A stretch of DNA of 63,492 nucleotides, counting the filler, from Globobulimina sp. (taxonomy: Eukaryota), in the NCBI GenBank assembly GCA_003354225.1. It is 38 parts of 38 records of this genome, joined end to end, with 100 filler letters (N's around TTAATTAATTAA, not from the genome) between each part and the next. Parts side by side here need not be neighbours in the genome. Positions count along the whole stretch, not along the records: positions 1 to 1,575 come from PIVH01014635.1; positions 1,676 to 3,250 come from PIVH01014636.1; positions 3,351 to 4,925 come from PIVH01014637.1; positions 5,026 to 6,600 come from PIVH01014638.1; positions 6,701 to 8,274 come from PIVH01014639.1; positions 8,375 to 9,948 come from PIVH01014640.1; 32 more parts are not named here. The stretch is one strand, 5' to 3'. Positions 1 through 10,048 of this stretch are shown here, piece after piece. How positions within the stretch are numbered: the stretch's first letter is position 1; each line of letters opens with the position of its first letter. A model generated the notes under the pieces. It did no database searches, was not told the DNA's origin, and saw only the letters and a program-made list of their open reading frames with translations. The translations under genes were made by a program, and so were the position numbers.

Positions 1-1537
1 AAAATGGCTCGATGATTCAATAATTGCGAGGCCAACTCTTGGAACGATTGCTTTGCAGATTCACCCGATTTAGCAGAGGTGGTATATAATGGAATACGTT
101 TTTTTGCTGCTACTTCGATGGCTTTTTTTATTAGTTCGGACAATTCAATATCACCGGTCATCTCATTCGACTTTAATAAGTCGATTTTATTGCAAATCAA
201 CATTTGTTCAATATCATCGGGCGCGTTTTCCTCCAATTCATGCATCCAATATTCGACATGTTTCCATGTCGATGGGTCGTCGGCAGCAAATATTATTGCC
301 GCAGCATGAGCACGTCTGTATATATTATTATATTTAGTTATTTGCATAATATCTGAAAGGAAGACTTACCGAAAGAATGTTTTTGTAATCGGAGCGTATC
401 TTTCCTGCCCCGCTGGATCCCAGATAGTAATTTGTAAATCTTCCCCTTGGAAATTACTGAATAAACAGGTGAGTTCCACGCCATTCGTAGCTGTGGTCAA
501 TACAAAATCGTCCAATTCCAAACGCTTTCGCAAGGAAGTTTTGCCGACATACGCATCGCCTATTTATTAACACAAAATATCAAAGTTAACGTTTCCGAAG
601 AAATTCGTCAGAAAATCAGAGGACAAAAACAAATCGCAAATATGAACATTTTTAATGTTCAAGATACCTAACAACAATATGTTGCAGTTCAAAGGGGCAG
701 AATTTTGTGATTTTGGTATTCTGCCCGGTCGGATAATAATTGAATTGGTCAATGGTACATCAGATAACATGGCAGGTTGTTTATTATTAATTGCATTGTA
801 TTTATCAATGGCTTTTATCATTCTCCTCGCGTGGATTATGGGGATATCCATCGACACTAAATCATTGAATGTGATATTACTGAAATCATTCATGGAGACA
901 AAGCCAGCATTCATAAATGTGGAGACATATTCCACCAATTTGATTCTGCTTAAAAACTCTTTTAATTGATTGTACATTTCGACTTCAGAATTAGTTTTGG
1001 GAAAGATACCACATAATAATTCGCTGTCTTTATCTTCGGATAATTCCATATTTGAGCTCGATTTTTCTTTTTCCATATTCGAGTCCAGCGCAAAATGCTT
1101 TTGTTTGGCTGTTTCAAAGCGTTGAATGGCAGATTGCAGGGCATAATTGCGTGTATATGACTTGTTTTTGAGGTCTACGCCGGTTAATGGCGATCGGTTG
1201 TTGTCTGATAACCATTCTTTAAGTGCTACTTCGTCATATGTGTGGCCGTCGTCGTGGAGCCTGTAATATACAGTTATTTTACCGGAAACGCATAAACAAT
1301 ATAATTTTTCAAACAAGATTTAATTATCAAATGACTCCAGTTTGAAATAGGTGGAAAGTGGAAAGTGAAGTCATTTGATTGAGTGCGAGGATAAAGGAAT
1401 GTGACATACATGACAGGTTTAGTCATCATTTCCTTTGAAATTGGACAACGATAAATATCAGGACATGATTCGGCCATATCAAAATCACCTCCTTTTGTAA
1501 AAAATAAATCAGGGTCATCTTCATTATCTGTGTCCAT
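1..1537 (-). CDS. U-box + SAM + Rab-like small GTPase multidomain protein (spliced, partial)
   Basis: GT-AG introns at 1409-1261, 667-560 and 369-316 join in frame. U-box: YRCPISKEMMTKPVMLHDDGHTYDEVALKEWL..SPLTG..NYALQSAI. SAM: LKEFLSRIKLVEYVSTFMNAGF..DLVSMDIPIIHARRMIKAI. G domain: ILLLGDAYVGKTS, IWDPAGQERY, CNKID, TSAKSG. The frame is open at both contig ends. Confidence 0.9.
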
Positions 1538-1575
1538 TGGAATTACAGAAACATCTGTTAGATTTGCAATTGGTT

Positions 1576-1675
1576 NNNNNNNNNNNNNNNNNNNNNNNNN
1601 NNNNNNNNNNNNNNNNNNNTTAATTAATTAANNNNNNNNNNNNNNNNNNNNNNNNNNNNNNNNNNNNNNNNNNNN
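1576..1675. other. Artificial contig-joining spacer (first of 37: 44 N + TTAATTAATTAA + 44 N)
   Basis: An identical 100-bp spacer recurs about every 1.67 kb (3251-3350, 4926-5025, 6601-6700 ... 61821-61920). The 12-mer places stops in all six frames. Contig lengths fall monotonically from 1575 to 1572 bp. Confidence 0.99.
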
Positions 1676-1932
1676 CGTGATTGGGTGAATCTAATCAGAA
1701 CTATCCAGTCCGAAACGCTCAATTAAAGCGTAATTCAAAAAGACGTTCAACTCGTGGCTTATTTAAAAACCTTTCAAAATTCGCTCATAAAAGCGTACAT
1801 TCAGTAGACGTGCGACCAAAAAGTTCGTTCGTGAAGCGTCAAATATGCTCAAAATCAATCGTACAGTCGACGTGCAACAAAACGTTCATAGAAACGTCAA
1901 AACGTCAGATCAGATTTTATCTTTAGTTAAAT

Positions 1933-2952
1933 ATGTCGACTTGTGAACAGATCAGTTCCTCTCAAACAGGGCGAAACGTCGCAACGACTTCGACAGTCGA
2001 CAGTTCACTAATTTCTGATTCTAAATCAAAAAAGGCATTAAATAGTCACAAACCATCGACGTCATCGTTTACGAAAAAGTTAGTTTTTTCGGCTCACAAC
2101 CTTTTTTCTAACTTTAAGGCTAAAGTTCAGGCTAATCATAGACCGGAGAGTCAAACAAAAGTCACAAAACCGACTATAGTCTCAAATCAATCCAAGGGGA
2201 TTAATCAATCAATCCCACACATGACTCAAAGTTGTGCACAAACAACACACATGAGTCAGGGTTATTCCCCGTCGCCAGTTTGGACTCAGAGCTATTCCAG
2301 AATGCCAAAGTTATGTCAGGCAAATCAGGGTGATTTCCCAGTTCAAGTTCAAGTTCAACAATCACCTGGGTACTCAAATAATACTTGCTATCAACGCCTC
2401 ACTCGTTCGGCGAAATCAAATAACGCAAGTTCATACACTCCACGATTATCGTATCAGGGTAGCGGTACACCTTATCAACCAAGTACTCAAAATCAAAATA
2501 GCCGCCGTCCTTCTACGTATCAACCTAGGACAGGTACACCCTATCAACCACGACTGAGACGAGTTGCTACCGTGTCTAAGGAGTCTACTACAGTGCAAAA
2601 CCAACTCAAACGGTCGTGTGTAAATTCGTTGACAAACGTGGAGCTTCAAACATTCAAACAAACAGAACATTGCGACTTCAACGAGAAAATTACCCTCTCT
2701 GAGAAGGCCATATCACAAAAAGTCAAAACAGACAGTCAAAACGTCAAACAACATAAAACTCATCCCTCTACACAAAGGGAACTTCAACAGAAAAAGAAAA
2801 CCATAATGGTCGTGGTTCAAGACTCGGCCGCCAATCCGAGCGTAAAGAATTTGGCTGCATTCAAAAAATGCCAGTATGGTCGACAACAACTTCCTTGGGG
2901 GGAAGGTCCCTACCAGAAATCCTACCCTCGTCCCTGTCGTCGTACATCATAA
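1933..2952 (+). CDS. Ser/Thr/Gln-rich low-complexity protein of unknown function
   Basis: 339-aa intronless ORF with short GTPYQP/TYQP repeats. No recognisable domain. Confidence 0.4.
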   Translation: MSTCEQISSSQTGRNVATTSTVDSSLISDSKSKKALNSHKPSTSSFTKKLVFSAHNLFSNFKAKVQANHRPESQTKVTKPTIVSNQSKGINQSIPHMTQSCAQTTHMSQGYSPSPVWTQSYSRMPKLCQANQGDFPVQVQVQQSPGYSNNTCYQRLTRSAKSNNASSYTPRLSYQGSGTPYQPSTQNQNSRRPSTYQPRTGTPYQPRLRRVATVSKESTTVQNQLKRSCVNSLTNVELQTFKQTEHCDFNEKITLSEKAISQKVKTDSQNVKQHKTHPSTQRELQQKKKTIMVVVQDSAANPSVKNLAAFKKCQYGRQQLPWGEGPYQKSYPRPCRRTS

Positions 2953-3536
2953 GTTTCGGGACAAAGAAGCCAAATCCAAAGAAAAGAGAAGTTACATTTT
3001 TTAATATAAATTTATTTAAATTTATTATATTATAATTTGTTATTATTGTTTATTATTGTATATTCACTTCTTATGTTCTTAGGAGTGTTAATTATAATTG
3101 TTCATTTTTATGTATTTTAGTTCTGTGTCACTGCCGAACTTTCTTGTCGTTCGGGAGTGACAATTCTTAGATTAGATTAGAATTGTAGATTATTTTATTA
3201 TTACACAAATTTGCATAATGCTGTTTTTTAGTGATTACAGTTAGGTGTTGNNNNNNNNNNNNNNNNNNNNNNNNNNNNNNNNNNNNNNNNNNNNTTAATT
3301 AATTAANNNNNNNNNNNNNNNNNNNNNNNNNNNNNNNNNNNNNNNNNNNNATTTATATTTATATTTAAGAGCTTGATAAACTGAGTTTGAACCAGTGGTT
3401 AATGATTGTTCTCCACTTTCAGAAAATGCAGTGCGAGAAAATAGAACTGTTAAAAGTATTGACAGTAACGACATGGCTGATTTGGTTGGTTTTTATTTTT
3501 TGGGTCAGTCACTATCCAGAAAAAACTTTGTTAATA

Positions 3537-4607
3537 ATGCCAGACTTCTGTCCTGTGTCTAGCACATCGGAGGTCACAATGATATTGGCTATTATAACAA
3601 TCATTATTTGTTCCACTTTAATTTGCATCGTAGGCGCCACATCAATTAAAAAATTCCAACCATTAAGCAAGGTACTACCAATATTCAAGGTAACATTCCA
3701 TATGGTTTGGGGTTTTTCAGTGCTTGGTTTGTTATTATGGTTAATATCAATGATATTATGCCGGTTTGAAGTAAATTATCTTGTGGCCGTAATATTTATC
3801 ATAATGGGTATTGTCTGCCTGAATTTTGTATTGGATATTTTATTATTTACTTTACTTGTTCGCTTATATAATACGTTCAAAGGTTCATCCTTCCGGTTAA
3901 GGTATTTAATAGCACATAAACAGCAACATAACGTTTTTAATCTTCATGTTATCACATTTTATTTATATATAATTATACATAGTAAAGCTACACAGATAAT
4001 ATTTGTAATTTCATATTGCGTTGTGGTGATAGCATCATTTATCAGTGTGTCTGTAACAGCGGTCTCGAGCATCACCATTCCCAATACGAGAGTAGTTTTA
4101 ATATGGTTTTTTGTGTATGGATTTTTGTATTGTGGCACCACTGCTGCAGCAACGGTAACATTTGCAACAAAACTAGTTAAAATAACAAATCTCGGAGCAA
4201 GTTCGTCGTTCAATGTTCATATGTTTAACAAACAACAAATAAAAATAATTGAAAGTGCGACGCGTTATGCGTCATTATTGAATATGGGAATATTGAATAC
4301 TTTCATGGCATTGACTCTAGTTTCAATTATATCCATATCATTTAACCGGACAATGGGATCGTTTCATATTGTATTTATATTTTTGAGTATTGAGTATTTG
4401 ATACATGTGCTCACATTCTGGTTACAATATCCATTTGCTACTTTTTATTATAATAAATATTGTAAATGCATTCATTTGTGTTTCAGGTTTATTTTAACGC
4501 AAAAAGCTGAAAAATTATTACTAAAAAAATATGAAAATAATGTTAGTGATAAGAATGATAATAATGATGCTGCAGAATCTGTACATTTAAAAGCAAACGA
4601 AACATGA
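3537..4607 (+). CDS. Multi-pass (about 7 TM, GPCR-like topology) membrane protein
   Basis: About seven hydrophobic segments followed by YYNKYCKCIH and a hydrophilic tail. Probable 81-bp intron at 3902-3982 (gtattt...atacatag). Likely start is MPDFC at 3537. Confidence 0.7.
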   Translation: MPDFCPVSSTSEVTMILAIITIIICSTLICIVGATSIKKFQPLSKVLPIFKVTFHMVWGFSVLGLLLWLISMILCRFEVNYLVAVIFIIMGIVCLNFVLDILLFTLLVRLYNTFKGSSFRLRYLIAHKQQHNVFNLHVITFYLYIIIHSKATQIIFVISYCVVVIASFISVSVTAVSSITIPNTRVVLIWFFVYGFLYCGTTAAATVTFATKLVKITNLGASSSFNVHMFNKQQIKIIESATRYASLLNMGILNTFMALTLVSIISISFNRTMGSFHIVFIFLSIEYLIHVLTFWLQYPFATFYYNKYCKCIHLCFRFILTQKAEKLLLKKYENNVSDKNDNNDAAESVHLKANET

Positions 4608-4784
4608 ATTATTGAATTATTTTAATTACTGTTGCAAACTTACAAATTACCTGTTTTCTGTATTTGTATTTTACCTTTTTTTTTTGGAAACCTTGTGCCA
4701 GCAGTACTAGTCAGTATTTATAACAAACATTCGTCTAAACTGAATCACATGGCAACGTCCATAAACCAATCGTGATTTTTTGTT

Positions 4785-4925
4785 GTATACAGAGTATGAA
4801 GAAGGAGCTGCAAAATATGGATTCCTACTAGAAGCAATCAACATACCTGCAAACAATGTTATTTATACATATTATTATGACATCATCATACAATCGAACA
4901 TGTATAAATACTGCTTCTTTATATC
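4785..4925 (+). repeat. Dispersed repeat (family C), copy 1
   Basis: Clearly similar to the reverse complement of 9718-9830, sharing gctgcaaaatatggat, caacatacctgcaa and catacaatcgaa.atgtataaatactgcttctttatatc. Confidence 0.85.
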
Positions 4926-5025
4926 NNNNNNNNNNNNNNNNNNNNNNNNNNNNNNNNNNNNNNNNNNNNTTAATTAATTAANNNNNNNNNNNNNNNNNNN
5001 NNNNNNNNNNNNNNNNNNNNNNNNN

Positions 5026-5432
5026 GTTTGTGACAAATGATTGCTATTCATATGTCTGATTAATTCACGTGAAACACAGCAATCACACACTTCGTCGATG
5101 AAAATTATATCAGCATTTAGCTTATATATAACATTGGCGATGGTTTGTAAATGGGACATGGCGCCAACTGCGGTTTTTGCGGCAGGTATACGTGCATCAA
5201 ATGTGTCCCATGACGCACAACCTTCTAAAAATAATGAATCTGCGTTGAATTGCATGATCCGAAGGGAATTTTCATTGAGACGCCGATCTTTTGGGTATGA
5301 TGGGGGTATGTTGCAATTGTACGGCGCGCCGAATAATGAACCGTCTCCGCATGTGAATGGTAGTGCGCCTTTGTTTAACCTCTTTGCTGATAATGTATAG
5401 GAAATTGTAATCACTGATAGCAGGAGTTGCAT
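5026..5432 (-). CDS. Secreted endonuclease/exonuclease/phosphatase (EEP) family protein, 5' part
   Basis: Signal-like N terminus plus EEP N-terminal motifs LRIMQFNADSLF and LNADIIFIDEV. Truncated by the spacer. Confidence 0.75.
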
Positions 5433-5533
5433 TATTGGAATATGTTGATGACTGTGAGGGGTTTGATGGTCACATGAACTCTGCTCTTGTGCGAGCTCTA
5501 GTTTTCTTTTGAAATGTTATTAAAACATTAATA

Positions 5534-6469
5534 ATGAAGCTTACTCTTTATTGGTTACTATTATTTGTTACCTGTTGTTGTTACGGTAAACGAGAAGTAT
5601 GGGCCTGGACAAGCAGCCACAAAGCGACCAAAACGATTGAGCAGCTTCAAAATGAGTCATGGAGCGGGATTGTCGATGGACTATACGCTTTTTGTGGTGT
5701 TTCTGTTCATGTAAATCCAGATAATACAACATCAATTATTGTAAATGAAGCAGAATATGATAATTGTACAATGTTACAACAAGTTGCAAGTGAATTAAAT
5801 ATATCATTCCATGTTTGTTTAGGTTCGATACCAGACCAAACCATAACTGATCCATCATCTGTCATTACCTCAGCAATTGAAATGGCAAACAAATATAAGT
5901 GGAGTGGATATAATATCGATGATGAGACAGAATGTGCACCACGTGCTACTTTGGCAAATTTTACAAAATATGTAGATTTTATCAATATATTTTCGGATTC
6001 ATTGCATGAACACAATATTATGGTCACCGCGGATGTTCAGGCTCTATTTGGAATTGAAAACGTGTCATACGTACAAAATTATCCATGCTTATATGTTCCA
6101 TGGAATTATACTACAAACAAAGAGCTCGTTCGAATGTTATCTAATTCGTCAATTGATAGATGGATCGAGATGGATACTTATTACTTCACTTTATCCCGAT
6201 TTATGGATGCATTGGATTGGTATGTTGGAAGCAGTGGTATTCCATTAAAACAGTTAGGTATTGGCCTTGAAAACAGAAATGATATTGAAGTTCCTGATGG
6301 ATATATTTCAAGATTTCATGCTTTATGGGAGTCAAATATTGATTTAATTTCTGTATTCAGAACACCGATTAGCGATACTTTCTTGATGTATTTACGAAGA
6401 TGGAAGACTTACTGTGCAAACTGTCCGCAGATTCAGTTGTCTTGTTTTGAACCAAGTGTTCCTTGCTAA
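5534..6469 (+). CDS. Secreted GH18-like (chitinase/chitobiase-fold) glycoside hydrolase
   Basis: Signal peptide. KYKWSGYNIDDE aligns with the GH18 DxxDxDxE motif with the catalytic Glu kept. MDTY and KQLGIGL match later barrel strands. Complete 311-aa ORF. Confidence 0.6.
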   Translation: MKLTLYWLLLFVTCCCYGKREVWAWTSSHKATKTIEQLQNESWSGIVDGLYAFCGVSVHVNPDNTTSIIVNEAEYDNCTMLQQVASELNISFHVCLGSIPDQTITDPSSVITSAIEMANKYKWSGYNIDDETECAPRATLANFTKYVDFINIFSDSLHEHNIMVTADVQALFGIENVSYVQNYPCLYVPWNYTTNKELVRMLSNSSIDRWIEMDTYYFTLSRFMDALDWYVGSSGIPLKQLGIGLENRNDIEVPDGYISRFHALWESNIDLISVFRTPISDTFLMYLRRWKTYCANCPQIQLSCFEPSVPC

Positions 6470-6700
6470 TCTCATATAATTTCAATCAAATAAATCATAT
6501 ACAGATTTCCCTTCTGAGCACAGACGAAAGACCATTTTTCCATCATGTCACACATAAGTTATCCATTCGTTCATCGTGTTCCATCAAAAAAACAATTTAA
6601 NNNNNNNNNNNNNNNNNNNNNNNNNNNNNNNNNNNNNNNNNNNNTTAATTAATTAANNNNNNNNNNNNNNNNNNNNNNNNNNNNNNNNNNNNNNNNNNNN

Positions 6701-7129
6701 CAATTGAAATACTATTTTGCCAATCAAATTGCCATCGATAGTAATATCAAAATAAACTGTGTATACCTTTATTGCTCCAAAAAAAGTCATTACAATCAAT
6801 TTAATCCCATGCGGTATATTCACAATCGTTTGTTTTCGTAAATAACCACATATTAAATATTCCAATGCGTCTTTACTTTTACAAATGTCTCGTTTTTCAC
6901 GTTTTAGTGGTTTAGCACGTGATGATTTCTTCACTTTTAGTATTTTATTGACTTGTGATAAAGTATTAATATCTGTCGCTTTGTTTTGATTCTGTAATAT
7001 TAATTCAATCATAACTGATTTTTTAACATGAATCGATACTTTGTTCTGTTTACAGAGTTTAATCAATTTACGTTTTGACAATTTCCTCAATTTTTGCTTT
7101 GTGTAACCCTTTTTAGATTCAGATGACAT
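6701..7129 (-). CDS. Cyclophilin-type PPIase with N-terminal SAP/HeH-like helical module (5' part)
   Basis: The last residues before the spacer, VYFDITIDGNLIGKIVFQL, are the typical cyclophilin first strands. The N-terminal LRKLSKRKLIKLCKQNKVSIHVKKSVMIELIL is SAP/HeH-like. Confidence 0.65.
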
Positions 7130-7181
7130 TATTTGCTTAAATTCTTCTGCAAAAACTGCTCAAAGACGCACACTTTTAATC

Positions 7182-8274
7182 ATGCAACCGTGGATCGACG
7201 ATTTTGTCACAGCTTCTTTTGGTAAGCAGAATAGTGAAGAACCACAGTTAAGAAATATCACACTAATTCAAGCCCAAAAGTTCAACATAATTTACAATCT
7301 ATGACATAAATTGTTTGTAAACAGTTGGGATAAAGACAGACAACGTTGCGCGCAAATAATTGAGCGCGTTAAATCCAAACCTAAATCATCCAACAAATCA
7401 AACACAAACAAATCAAACCAATCAAACCGTACAGGAATAACCTTAATAATCTCGGACAGTGCACTCCAAATCGAATGCAAAGTAATCCCGAAATTGATAG
7501 AAATGCATAGTTACTCCTCATTCGAACCAAACAACATCATAAAGTTACAAACATTCGATTTGCGAATCTCATGTTCGTTCGAAGCCATATATTTTGTGCT
7601 GATGGAATGCTCCTTTTTAACGGCACTCAATGTCGCTCATATTGGCACACATAAAAAACGCGTACCACATATTAACAACGACAGAAATATCCAACGCTTA
7701 ATGACCAAACACCGAATCTCGCAGTTTTTCAAATTCAATTCGAAAGACGGCACACCAGAGTTCGATGAAAATAATTTGCCGTATTCATTATCATTGCATT
7801 CAGCGCAGGAAATGGATTCATTCGGCTTTGACAATGAAATCAATTCACTCAAACAAACGTTTACCACAAAGCCGGACAACGAGTTGCAGCAAATCGGGGC
7901 TTTGGACGAGTATAATTTGCACGAATTGTGTCTGGAACAGCAACCTGTAAATACTGCAAACGATGATGATGAAGATATGGTGGAGGACAACGAGGACAAT
8001 AATGGCGACATTGAGGCACAAAACATTGAGATTAACATCAAAAAGACATCGGATAAGGAGGAGATGGAAGAGGATGATCATGAAAATGAGGAAAAGGAAA
8101 TCACAGTGCCGGAGAGTGAGTGCATCGGCAATCAATGTGATTGGCTGTATTGTTTGTATCCAGATTTCAGAGATATTCCCAAGAGGTTACGGGTGAAAGC
8201 AAAGGAGATTGAAAAGCCAGTGCATACTCCGGCGGTGGTCCGTAATTACAAAAAGAGGAAAGTGCCGCCTGTGG
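7182..8274 (+). CDS. TPP1/ACD/Est3-like OB-fold protein (spliced, 3' partial)
   Basis: MQPWIDDFV at 7182. A predicted intron at 7247-7324 removes an in-frame TGA. It continues AQIIE...ITLIISDSALQIECKV...IIKLQTFDLRI...IYFVLMECSFL, then an acidic disordered linker. Confidence 0.6.
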
Positions 8275-8374
8275 NNNNNNNNNNNNNNNNNNNNNNNNNN
8301 NNNNNNNNNNNNNNNNNNTTAATTAATTAANNNNNNNNNNNNNNNNNNNNNNNNNNNNNNNNNNNNNNNNNNNN

Positions 8375-9439
8375 AATGGGAATAGAATTTATTATCAAAA
8401 CAGATCACAACCGCCGTTATTGACCTTTATGATGGATTTAATTTATACCTTCGAAGATAACAATGATTCATTTATTACACAAAATGTCCACTATTTAGAC
8501 ATATTAAAAACAGAATATTTTTGGTGGATGGATCAGCAGAGCATCAACCTCCATAATTATACCTTGAATTTATATCATATTCATAGCAATAAACCGAGGC
8601 CAGAAGGTTTCAGACAGGATGTCGCATTGACTAATTTATTGACAAATAAGTCATCAGCAGCACTCAGATACGCTTACAGCTCATTGCGATCCGCAGCTGA
8701 ATCCGGGTGGGACTTCTCCAGTCGATGGTGTTTGCACTTATATTGCGAGCTGGACTTAACAAATATTGATACCATAAATGTTGTTCCTGTGGAATTAAAT
8801 GCGTATTTATATCACATTGAAATGACACTGTCAAAGTTGTTTGGCATTGTGAATGGCAGCCAAGATGTTGAATATTTTATAAATGCTGCAAATAAACGGT
8901 TGGATGCGATGTATAATGTATTTTGGGATAACGTTAATAAACAATGGAATGATTATGACATTAGGAATGATGAACAAATTTATGAATCGGGGAAAAGCTC
9001 GGTTGCGTCGTATATTCCTTTGTGGCTGTTGCCGTATAATGAGAGCATTGGAGTCGATGTGTTGACCTCATTGAATAAGAGTGGCTTGTTATATGTTGGC
9101 GGTGTGTCTACAACGAATGTGGCTGACAGTCAACAATGGAGTTTCCCGAATGCGTGGCCGCCTCTTCAATGGATTATAGTACAAATTGCAAAAAAGTATA
9201 ATGATACAGAAATTGGACAGTATATTCTACAAAATGTCACTCAAACGTATATTAATGCTGCTTATATTGGATTGAATAAAACTCGATTTATGAGTGAAAA
9301 ATATAATGTTGTCAATATTGGCGAATCAGGTCATGGCGGCGAATATGAATCACAGCTTGGATTTGGTTGGAGCAATGGTGTGGCATTCTCATTTCTATAT
9401 GATTTTGGTGATTGGTTGGTGGCACCAACTCTAACATGA
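8375..9439 (+). CDS. treh: Trehalase, glycoside hydrolase family 37 (5' partial)
   Basis: NGNRIYYQNRSQPPLL, PRPEG, SAAESGWDFSSRW, PVELNAYL, QQWSFPNAWPP, MSEKY and GGEYESQLGFGWSNGV are GH37 signatures. Confidence 0.95.
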   Translation, partial: NGNRIYYQNRSQPPLLTFMMDLIYTFEDNNDSFITQNVHYLDILKTEYFWWMDQQSINLHNYTLNLYHIHSNKPRPEGFRQDVALTNLLTNKSSAALRYAYSSLRSAAESGWDFSSRWCLHLYCELDLTNIDTINVVPVELNAYLYHIEMTLSKLFGIVNGSQDVEYFINAANKRLDAMYNVFWDNVNKQWNDYDIRNDEQIYESGKSSVASYIPLWLLPYNESIGVDVLTSLNKSGLLYVGGVSTTNVADSQQWSFPNAWPPLQWIIVQIAKKYNDTEIGQYILQNVTQTYINAAYIGLNKTRFMSEKYNVVNIGESGHGGEYESQLGFGWSNGVAFSFLYDFGDWLVAPTLT

Positions 9440-9464
9440 ATTTAATTCACTAATAACTCTATTC

Positions 9465-9606
9465 ACATCTTTGGCGTTGCACTTTCCAATGTTCATGTCT
9501 CACTTTTTCAATTTGTGTGGCGTCGCACTTTTTCATTAAAATGTGGAGTGTGTACACCACCTAAAAAGAGTCTTACTGCTATGTTGCGCTTTTAGTCTTA
9601 CTGCTA
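9465..9606 (+). mobile_element. MITE-like family A, 3' portion
   Basis: Degenerate gtggcgtc.cacttttt units as at 43261-43424. Ends in 9581-9606, the reverse complement (24/26) of 43261-43286. Confidence 0.7.
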
Positions 9607-9717
9607 GTAATTATATAAGTCTTTCTGTTCGGTCCTCAACGTTGCTTTAATCTGATTAACTAGATCAACATATGCAAAGTTTAGATATGGAATATTATAC
9701 CCCATGAGGTTATCAAT

Positions 9718-9830
9718 GATATAAAGAAGCAGTATTTATACATCTTCGATTGTATGGTCATGTCATAATAATTGCAGGTATGTTGTCTACTTCAAGGAGA
9801 TCCATATTTTGCAGCTTCTTCTTCAGACTC
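9718..9830 (-). repeat. Dispersed repeat (family C), copy 2
   Basis: The reverse complement matches 4785-4925 with indels. Confidence 0.85.
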
Positions 9831-10048
9831 TTTGGTGTACAGTAGTGTCCCCGATAAGATATACGCATATGATTAGATAATATAGCTAATATATTGATCA
9901 TATAATATATTACACAGCGAAGATTTTTTTGTTTACTATATTATCTACNNNNNNNNNNNNNNNNNNNNNNNNNNNNNNNNNNNNNNNNNNNNTTAATTAA
10001 TTAANNNNNNNNNNNNNNNNNNNNNNNNNNNNNNNNNNNNNNNNNNNN

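Noticed and set aside
7300-7305. TGA readthrough or an alternative genetic code
   Set aside because: This TGA falls inside a plausible intron. Many genes end at TGA/TAA, and conserved Trp residues use TGG, consistent with the standard code.
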